Shown here: positions 54,501-64,000 of the stretch, one piece after another
Numbering within the stretch: the stretch's first letter is position 1
Layout: each line of letters begins with the position of its first letter
DNA from: Leucoraja erinacea
Taxonomy: Eukaryota
DNA length: 64,000 nt
NCBI RefSeq assembly: GCF_028641065.1
Contig: NC_073415.1
Location: forward strand, 9,796,001-9,860,000
Direction of reading: 5' to 3'
Translations under genes and position numbers: made by a program
The notes under the pieces: model-generated
Seen by the model: only the letters and a program-made list of their open reading frames with translations
Told to the model about the DNA's origin: nothing
Databases searched by the model: none

Positions 54501-56844
54501 AACTCCAGTGCTGCTGAACCCTCATTCATATCTTTGCTTCCTCTTGACTAGACCAGGGCAACACACTCCCGTGTTGTAACGGGCTGGCTGTGCATTCTCC
54601 ACCATTCACACCTCTGCTCCCTGTATACCAGCACACACTAAGTCTTGCTCATCCAGTGTCCATGCACCTTCTGACCTGCACTGGGTCCTGATTAAGCGAG
54701 CCTTGATCTTAAAATTTAAGAAAGAACTGCAGATGCTGGAAAAACGAAGGTAGATAAAAATGCTGGAGATACTCAGCGGGTTTCACCTTTGATCTTAAAA
54801 TTGGCATCTTTTCTCAAATCTCTTGAAGACTGTGCCTCTCCCTAACTCTGTAATTATTCAAGTCCTGTTACTCCAAGAACTCTGTGCTCCTCAAAGTCTG
54901 CCCTGATTAAACCCCATCATAAGCACTCCAGCATAGGGAGGTATCTCCTCTAGTAAGTCATAGGAGGAGAATTATGCCATTCGGCCCTTCGAATGTACTC
55001 TGCCATTCAATCATGGCCGTTCTATCCCTCAACCTCACTCTCCTTGTCGCCATGGGGAAAAAAGTATTTTTAGTTTAGTTGAGGTAGGTTGTAGTAGGTG
55101 GTAATGCTATTTTTAGGCAGTCGAAGTCAAATCAATCGAAGGTAATGCTCGTTGAGAAAAAAAAGGTATGAATGCCCGCTAAACTTTATTAAATATTGTC
55201 TGACTTCCCCCTTTCTCTAAAGGACTTCTCTCCCCTTCTCTCACCCTCTCTAAAGGACTTACCGAACTGTGCCAGCCGTCTTTTACCTTCCGGCTATGAA
55301 TTTCAGACAGCGCTCCCCCGCTTTCCCTGGACCCTGTGTTTGCGTGCGTGTGTGTGTGTGTGTGTATGCGCAGACGGTCGATCCGGCTTGCTGTTTCATT
55401 GCTGATGGTCGATCTAGCTTGAGGTTTTCAAGGTGAATGCCCTCGAGCTTGAAGGCCGAAGACAGTCGCTGTAAAGTCTTGTTAGTGGGACAGGCCCTTT
55501 CCTCATCACCTTGTGCCCTTCAAGTTTCAAAGTGTTTACGAGTACAGAGTCTTAGCTTGCCCGTAGAGGCCTGTTGTTCTGGAGGAGGCACAGGGTTGAT
55601 GTTCAGTTTAATGTATTGTCATGTGTACCGAGGTACAGTGAAAAGCTTTTTTTTGCGTGCTATCCAGTCAGCGGAAAGACAATATGCGATTACACGTGAG
55701 CCATTTACACTGTACAGATACATGGTTACACGTGTCCCCAAAGCCCTTGACACCCAATAACTCGTACAGCTCTGCATTAATTTTTGTGAAGCACTTTGAA
55801 ACGTAGCTACATTGAAGTTGCTATGTAAATAGAAGTTGTTACAATGAGCTTGTAGCATCCCTACCCTGAGTGAACCTGATAGTGAGATCAAGTGGTTAAC
55901 TTTTAACTTTCATTCACAGTTGAAATGATTCAAACAGAACAAAGTGTTAAGTTCATGGAAAAACTGCAGAATTGATTCAGGAGAGATTTGCAGATAAAGT
56001 TTACATTTTTCTAAATTAATCGATAAGTTGATAGTACACCTCATTCAGGGGTGTTTGCCGTTAGTATAAAGCTCTCCTCCCAAACCACCTCACCCTGCAT
56101 TCAGAGCTGCACTAACGGTGACTAATGCATTTCGTTGTCTCTGTACTGTACACTGACAATGACAATTAAAATTGAATCTGAATCTGAATCTGACTACTGT
56201 TAGACTATATTAATGTCGGTTGCAGCAACACACACCAGTCGAATACACGTTTTAAGTACAAATGTTTATCAGACTCTCTGTTTCAGTCATGGAGCTTGCC
56301 TCTGACTAACTCTGCTCTAACAAACAGATCAAATCACTGAAGATGTTTCCTTTCTCGAACATAAGTTGCGGACTGGAGTTTGGCAGAAGTTGCCCTTTAG
56401 ATTTTACCTGGTGGCTGCTGTTTGCATCTGGCAGAATCAATACTTCAGGAGGTTAAATTCCTCCAGCTTGGCTTATCTCCCCCCCCCCCACCCCCCCCCC
56501 CCCCCCCCCCCCCCACCACACTTCTGCGGGCCACATTTCATTCATTGACAAGCTGGCTAATATTTAAAAGAATGTTTGAACAGCTCGCTGCAAGCACTGA
56601 CGAGATGATCTGTACAGATGATGCTTGCACATCTGCCACTAATAACTCTATTAAACATCAGATGTGAATTGTTAATGAGAGGCTTGGCGTGATCGCAATT
56701 GCCAGCAAGGTTTGCCGAAAGTCCCTCGCTCTGCACTTGCACAGTTTCTGCCCTGGTGAAAATACAAGAGCAGTATCTCCCTACCTTACGGTTCACCTCC
56801 GCTGACAGCCCATATGCAGGGCCCTTGTTGAAATGCGCTGACAT
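42547..56844 (-). CDS. CNN1: Calponin (CH domain plus 3 calponin repeats), 7 exons, 320 aa; CNN1 by synteny
   Basis: Exons on the minus strand: 56785-56844 ([20 protein letters not shown]), 52472-52593, 50875-50941 ([17 protein letters not shown]), 44460-44597, 44235-44351, 43494-43640, 42547-42858; total 963 nt. Three LQMGTN-type calponin repeats. The paralog call rests on the tail-to-tail position with ELOF1 next to ACP5, as at human 19p13.2. Confidence 0.88.
45430..46035 (+). mobile_element. CR1-clade LINE 3' fragment (second subfamily), interrupted by a Penelope-like fragment
   Basis: [39 protein letters not shown]. Confidence 0.88.
51226..51431. mobile_element. PIF/Harbinger-type MITE, family B
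   Basis: TIR TGCCCCTGTCC..GGAAACCTGAACGGAAACCTCTGGAGA with TTA TSD; partial copies at ~17101-17255 and ~63046-63210. Confidence 0.85.
52753..52850 (+). mobile_element. Penelope-like short repeat with a minimal hammerhead ribozyme motif
   Basis: CTGAAGA-A-GGG-TTTCGG-CCC-GAAAC-GTT plus the same family body. Confidence 0.65.
54078..54223 (+). mobile_element. RTE-type short retroposon with (GAA)n tail
   Basis: Ends ..CACGCCATACGCAAGAAGAAGAAGAAGA and is flanked by a 9-bp TSD GCTTCCCAG. Related copies at ~32063-32177 (minus) and ~6077-6128 (plus). Confidence 0.7.
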
Positions 56845-57354
56845 CCTTTGGATTGTGGAGTAAATTAAACTGCAGGCTTTAAAATCCCCACTTCCTGCAC
56901 TCACTGGTGTTTAGTTCTGGAAACCCCACAAAAATTCCCCAAAGCTTTCAAACTCTTGAATTAGTTGGATCTGAGACTACTGTCCAATTGGTTCAGAGGT
57001 AGCCCAATCAGGTTGGCTGACAATCCCAATGACGCCAGCCTATTGGAATTTGAGAAAATGCCGTCACATTTTCCATCTTGGCTGTTTACGTTGGATCTGT
57101 AGAGAGATTGGTTTGATTTGGCAGCAGCATTTCATACATGGAGAAAAATCTGTAATTCGAAGGATATGAGTAAGAGTTTTTTTGTTGCTCCAGCCTTTGA
57201 AGTATCAGGTGTTATCGGGCCAAGATGGGTAGCACTGCCTTGTCACATCAGGGCATACCTGGTGGTTTACTTTGGAGATACGGCGTGGAAGCAGGCCCTT
57301 CGGCCCATCGAATCCGTACTCTAGGTCTCCGTTATCCCATTTTCTCATCACACA

Positions 57355-57775
57355 ATAAACAATAGGTGTAGGAGTAGGCCATTTGGCCCTTTGAGCCAGC
57401 ACCGCCATTCAATATGGTCATGGCTGATCATCCTCAATCAGTACCCCGTTCCTGCCTTCTCTCCATATCCCCTGACTCCGCTATTTTTAAGAGCCCTATC
57501 TAGCTCTCTCTTGAAAGCATCCAGAGAACCAGCCTCCACCGCCCTCTGAGGCAGAGAATTCCACAGACTCACCACTCTCTGTGAGAAAAAGTGTTTCCCT
57601 GTCTCCGTTCTAAATGGCTTACTCCTTATTCTTAAACTGTGTGTGGCCCCTGGTTCTGGACTCCCCCAACATCGGGTACAAATTTCCTGCATCTAGCGTG
57701 TCCAAACCCTTAACAATCTTATATGTTTGAATGAGATGCCCTCTCATCCTTCTAAACTCCAGTGTATACAAGCCG
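57355..57775 (-). mobile_element. CR1-clade LINE 3' fragment
   Basis: [31 protein letters not shown]. Similar copies at ~15775-16170 (minus), 33540-34100 (minus) and 59045-59385 (plus). Confidence 0.88.
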
Positions 57776-59879
57776 CTGAGTCACTCCAGCTTTTTGTGTC
57801 TATCTTCGGTTTAATCCAGCATCTGCAGTTACTTCCAACACTACACCTTATTTTGCACCTCTCTGGACTGAATTTCACTGGATCCTTTTCTACCCACCCA
57901 AGCCCCTACTGCCTCACAGTACCGGAGACCAGGGTTCAAACCCGACTTCGGGCGCTGTCTATGTGGAGTTTGCACGTTCTCTCCGTGATCACGTGAGTTT
58001 CCTCTGGGTACTCTGGTTACCTCCCACATCCCAAAGGGAAAAGGGAAACAAGGTCCTATGGCCCACTGTATCCTTGTCAACCTTTCTACCCATTTACATG
58101 AATCCCAATTCCTCACGTTTGGTCCATATGATTGGCAACGTGGGACTTTGACAAAAGCATTGCTGAAGTTCTTGGAACTAAAATACTTGCAGTAGGTTTC
58201 TCCAAAGAAATTCTTGGAATGTAAGTATTCGTGTCCATAAGAAATCTCATTGGGGGAAAATTGGCCTTGAAATAGAATCTGACTACGATTCACTGCAATT
58301 CGGGCATTTTTAAACCTTTGTCCTTTGTTGAACAAATCTGGGTCTTGCATGCCTTCTCATCAGAAGCACAACGCCAACTATATCTGGATTTCCGATTAGT
58401 CATATGTAAAAGCCAATACCATGTGATTCACTTGGAATTGGTGCGGCTTTTTTTTCCTCCCGAATGAATGAGCTGATTTTTTTTTTATTTTAATTTTTTT
58501 ACGAGCATCAGAAAATAGCCCAGATATCATGACCCCATCCCATAAAGAAAGGCTGCTTGATAATGGGTCAGTCATCCTTTCCACATCTGTTGAAGAAAGG
58601 CTTTTGCAATCTGCCTTGTGGATTTATTAGGAACATTTTGCAGATACTGAAATCTCTATGTTTGTTGGTTTGGTTTTTAATGATTGCATTTTTGGGGATT
58701 GAAATCAGCTCGTAGCTTTGTTTTTGGTTAGTTAGGAAGATTGACAATGACGCTGGTGCTAAATTTGGCCAATTCCTTAGACAGGTATTAAGTTACAACC
58801 ACTTGGAAGGAATAATCCAAACAGGCGTGTTTGAAGGAATTCAACTAATTTAAGTGTTGCTTTAAAATATTTCAGAAAAAGCATTGCATAAGCATTGATA
58901 GTTTCAGGAAGTTTGTGGCAGCTTCAGCTGCAAGAAGCGATATATTTTTGGGTGTGAATCTTGGCTGTGTGGAAAACATTCTTGCAGCTGTATCAAGTAG
59001 CTCAAGTAGTGGGACTTGAACTGATGTTTGGTGGAGTCCTGAGGGAGGCCTGGATGGAATGGATGCAGAGAGGATGTTTCTACTAGTGGGAGAGTCTAGG
59101 ACCAGAGGCCACAGCCTCAGAAATAAAGGATGCACCTTTAGGAACGAGATGAGGAGGAATTTCTTTGGTCAGAGGGTGGTGAATCTGTGGAATTCATTGC
59201 CACAGAAGGCCAAGTCAATGGATATTTTTAAGGCAGAGATAGACAGATTTTTGGTTAGTACGGGTGTCAGGGGTTATGGGGAGAAGGCTGGAGAATGGGG
59301 TTAGGAGGGAAAAGATATGCCATGATTGAATGACGGAGTGGACTTGATGGGCCGAATGGCCTAATTCTGCTCCTATCATTTATGAACTTAAGAAGTAGAG
59401 CTTTGCCTATGGTGTCATCTTTGCCAGTGTTCTCTCAGGTAATGTTCAATAACCTTCTCTTGAACACCAGTAGAGTTTCTCAGTGGCATGCCTGTCCTGC
59501 CGAGTGTCTTCAGTACTTTGTATCTCTTTTTTGTAAACCAGCATCTGCAGTTCCTTGTGTTTAGTTGAGTTTATTGTCACGTGTACCGAGGTACAGTGAA
59601 AAGCTTTTGTTGCGTGCTAACCCGTCAGCAGAAAGACAATACATGATTACAATCGAGCCATTTACAGTGTAGAGATACATGACAAGACAATACAGATCTG
59701 AGAGGAGTTTAAGAAGATCGTAGATAAAGTAAGGAATGTTGCTGCATGGAGTAGAGATTTATGAGTGTGGAGCGATTGTAATATGTGACTGTAGATTTGC
59801 TTCTGTGGCCAGCAAATGAATGGTTGCCTGGATTGGGCATCATTGTATTATTTGCAATCTGCTCTCAGAATTTTGCTAA

Positions 59880-60200
59880 TGGGCCTGTCCCACTTGGCGA
59901 TTTTTTTAAGTCAACATTCGGTGACTGTCATAGTCATAGCAGGTCGCCGAAAAAAACCGGCGGCAACCTACGTCATCCTGGCGACAATTTACGACAGCGC
60001 CCACATCAGGAGAAGTCAAGCTTCGCTCATTGGCGCCAAACCCACTGTCGCTGAAAATGTTTCGACGTTGAAAATTTATCGGCGACCAGAAAGACGCTAC
60101 GACTTTTTTGCGCGGCTGAGGAGACGACTCCCGGCGAACATGTGGCGAGAAAATAGTCTCCTGTAGTTGCCTAAAAAATCACCTAAGTGGGACAGGCCCA
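59880..60200. mobile_element. PIF/Harbinger-type MITE, family C
   Basis: TIR TGGGCCTGTCCCACTT..GATTTTTT with TAA TSD. Confidence 0.85.
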
Positions 60201-63200
60201 TAAGGAGTTTTCCATGTATGATTTAGAAACATGTCTGTGGCCATTGACATTGGGAGTATTTATGGTGGAGGCTTGGACAATCCCAACATCCCATCCTATC
60301 CCCCGGAGCTGCACAACATTAATGTCACTGATTCAGAGTGTGGTGGGTATGTGGAATCAGCTTCCAGAGGTACAATAACAACATTTAAAAGACACTTGGA
60401 TAGGTACATGGAATGGAAAGGTTAGAGGGATATTGACCAATTGCAGGCAAACGGGACTAGCTTAGGTGGGCAGCTTGGATGCATGGATTAGTTGGACCGA
60501 AGGATCTTGTTACCATGTTGTACGACTCTGACTCTATTCAAGATATTGTTATTTATAGGATCTTGTTGCGTGCAAAATAGTGACCACATTTTCTGGGTCT
60601 CAATATTGAGTACACTTAGGGGTGGCACGGTGGCGCAGCAGTAGAGTTGCTGCCTCACAGCACCAGGGTCCCAGCTGCCATCCTGACTATGGGTGCTGTC
60701 TGTATGGAATTTGTTCCTTCTCCCCGTGACCTGAGTGGGTTTTCTCCAGGTGCTCCGGGTTCCTCCCACACTCCAAAGACGTACAGGTTTGTAGGTTAAT
60801 TGGCTTCTGTAAATTGTAAATTGCCCCTGGTGTGTGTAGGACAGTGCCCCGCTGTATCTCTCAAGTCCAAAGTTTTTAAAGTCTAAAGTCTAACTTTACA
60901 ACTACTCATTGGCTGTAGTTTTACACTATCCTGAGGTCAAACAATATGCGCTAGATTTCTTTGGTTATTTCTCAATTCAAGTGAAATTGCATCTGAGAGG
61001 GGGATAGTGACTAATGTTAGAATATTCACCTGGAATCTTATGAGATCTATCTGGCAATAGGCACAGTAAGATCTAGCCCAGATATGTGACAGAACAGTCG
61101 TGTGACAACAAGGTATTGATCTCTGACACATCATATGATGGAAATAAGGCCACGTGTCAGATCTGGACTCGTGCTAATGAACAGTGTGTCGGAGCTGGTA
61201 GTTCAAGGGTTAACTCAGCTACACTATCCTGTGCAGAATTTACAATTAGATGAAATGATGGCGCAGCTGAGGTTCCGACTGTAAATCAGAGTGCTTTTAC
61301 AGACTTTCTCTTCACACAACACAGCCTTATATGTCCCTGTACATCTCTGCTGCAGCCCGGAGACGAGAAAGAACAAATCCAGAACGGTGTCCTTGGTTCT
61401 TGCCAACAGTCGTATAAACACATACTTCAGGGGATTTCAGGCTTTATATGGATATCAGACATCAGCTGCTAAATCTCTCACTGAAGACGGATCACACCTC
61501 GCACAGGAGTTTCTTCACCATGAGGCAAATTCAACTGCTTCCCTTTTGCAGAAATCTCTTTAAGTCCACGCATACTGGTAGCACGACACATTTATAATGC
61601 CTTGGGTGTGTGGGCACAGGAGGCCACCTCCGTGGGTGCAAGTTTATTGAAGGATTTGTGCAATGAATTACCGAGTAGAGTATGTTTTTGTGACATGGAG
61701 GGGGTGTGCCCTGTAGGATGGAGGGCAGTGGTGGGGCAATAGTGCATGTGTATCTATGAGGGGAGTAAGCAATGTTTAGTGGTGTCAGCTCTGCAACTAT
61801 GTAGTCCAGCGGGTCACGTTCACTGCTATTTACCTCCGAGTGGTGAATCCGTGGAATTCTTTGCTGTGGAGGCCAGGCGAATGGACATTTTCAAGGCAGA
61901 GATAGATTCTTGATTAGTACGGGTGTTGGGGTTATGGGGAGAAGGCAGGAGACTGGGGTTGGGAGGGAGAGATAGATCAGCCATAATTGAATGGCACAGA
62001 GGCCGAATGCCCTAATTCTACCTCTATCACTTATGACATAAGTAGGCAGAAGGGAACAGCATTCTGATGTAGGAATGTGTCAGAACATTGGGATAGGACT
62101 CTGATTGAACAGCAGCCACCATCCACTACACACAGCTGGAATGGAAGCATATTATTCTCAATCCCCAGGGTCTACATCAGAAGCAGAGCTGTGTGCCAAT
62201 CTTTTGCTGTAGTAGGTCCATTGTGGGCTATCATGGACTATCTCTGACTCAGTCCCCGCTGTAATGCCCAATGACTCCTTTTTTAGTCTAGGATCGACCG
62301 GTGATGTCAGTAATTCTCTCGAGCTGCTGTCACGGAGTTGGGGGGAGCTGGCCCTGCAACCCTGCAGTAGCTCTGCTACTTGAATTGCTGCCATGTGCCT
62401 ATTTAAGGAGCAGATTTGGACAATCCCGGCATTCCGTCATATTCCTCGGAGCTGCACTCCAGAAATCCTGAAGAAATTAACATTTAAAAATAACACCATG
62501 ACCAGGTCAACAGTAATTTATAATAGAATGATAAAAGGCTGGATTTAATTGGTCCGCAGTTTGTTGCCTGTCACTGAAAAAATTACAACTTGGACGCTAA
62601 CGGATCTGTAAAGTTGACCGTTGTGATTGAACTTGCCCCATCTAACAACCTGTTGGAGCCACTTTTCTTGGCTTGGCAAAGTTGGCACTCCACTTCCTAT
62701 CTCAGGTCACTCTAATGTCACGACCAGAAATGTCCGCAGAGTGTTTCAATATGTTTTAACACAGTGGGAGATGCTTTACTTTTTTTACTTTAGAGATGCA
62801 GTGCGGAAGCAGGTCCTTTGGCCAGAGTCCGCGCTGACCACCGATCATCCCGTACACTAGCATTGTCCTACCTACACACACTAGGGGCAATTTACAATTT
62901 TACAGTCTACAAACCTGTGCATCTTTGAAGTGTGGGAGGAAACCAGAGCACTCGGAGAAAACCCACTTGGTCACAAGGAGAACGTACAAACTCCGTACAG
63001 ACAGCACCCGTAGTCAGGCATGAAACCAGGTCACTGGCGCTGTAATACCCCTGTCCCACTTAGGAAACCTGAACGGAAACCTCTGGAGACTTTATGCCCC
63101 ACCCAAGGTTTCCGTGCGGTTCCCGGAGGCTGCAGGTGGTTGCCGGAGGTTGCAGGTAGTGGAAGCAGGTAGGGAGATTGACAAAAACCTCCAGGGAACC

Positions 63201-64000
63201 GCACGGAAAGTGGGAGAGAGGCATAAGGCAGCAACTCTACCGCTGCGCCACTCACTGCTGCCCAAGATAGTTTCTTGATGAGCAAATGGATTTAAATGTG
63301 TCGGAAGGAACTGCAGATGCTGGCTTATAACGAAGATAGATACAAAATGCTGGAGTAACTTAGCGGGTCAGGCAGCATCTCTTCTTCAGAGACCCTTCTT
63401 CAGACCTGAAACGTCACCTACTTCATTACTCCAGAGATGCTGCCAGACCCGCTGAGTTACCCCAGCACTTTGTGTCTGTTTACCATGTAACAATCTGTTG
63501 GAGCCACTTTACTTTGCTTGGTCTCCCTATCCCAGGTCTCTCCACCGTCACCACCAGAGTATTTCAATATTTTCTAAAGCAGAGGGGGATAGTTTCTTGA
63601 TGAGCAAAGGGGAAAAAGTTTAAATGTGTCGGAAGGAACTGCAGATGCTGGCTTATACCGAGGATAGACACAGAATGCTGGAATATCTCAGCGGGTCAGG
63701 CAGCATCTCTGGAGAAAAGGAATAGATGACATTTCAGGTCGGAACCCTTCTTCAGACTGTGAGAGAAGGCCAGAACGAAACACTGGCCACTGCTTGTGAC
63801 TCTGCAGAGCCTTGCCTTGCCACCGACCACCACCACCACCCGAGTTCCAGAATCAGCTCCCTAAAGGTTAACTTGGGTGTACAGGAATCAGATCAGCGGA
63901 GTTAGCTTGGGGGACTGAATGGTCCACGTCTGCTACTTCATCGGTCCCATCTCTGCACCCTCACTTTCCCTACTAAGCATCGTTCCACTGACATGTGGAG

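Overview
This is vertebrate genomic DNA, almost certainly from a cartilaginous fish (skate/ray-like), judged from its HE1-type V-SINEs, CR1/HER1 LINE 3' ends and abundant palindromic Penelope-like repeats. Four complete spliced genes can be reconstructed by hand with GT-AG junctions and consistent phases: ODAD3/CCDC151 (minus, 13 coding exons), ACP5/TRAP (plus, 6 coding exons), ELOF1 (plus, 3 coding exons, last intron U12-type) and a calponin, CNN1 by synteny (minus, 7 exons). Most ORFs in the supplied track are repeat-derived or spurious. There is a 410-N gap at 4248-4657. The most notable non-genic observations are: (i) a dispersed, non-coding, TSD-flanked palindromic repeat family carrying minimal hammerhead-ribozyme cores; (ii) 27-31 bp micro hAT-like elements sharing termini with a 389-bp element; (iii) three Harbinger-type MITE families sharing one TIR core; (iv) a ~740-bp inverted duplication bracketing ODAD3 exons 10-13; (v) a dense myeloid/osteoclast-type transcription-factor motif cluster in an ACP5 intron. 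All coordinates and alignments were read by eye, and no searches were run.
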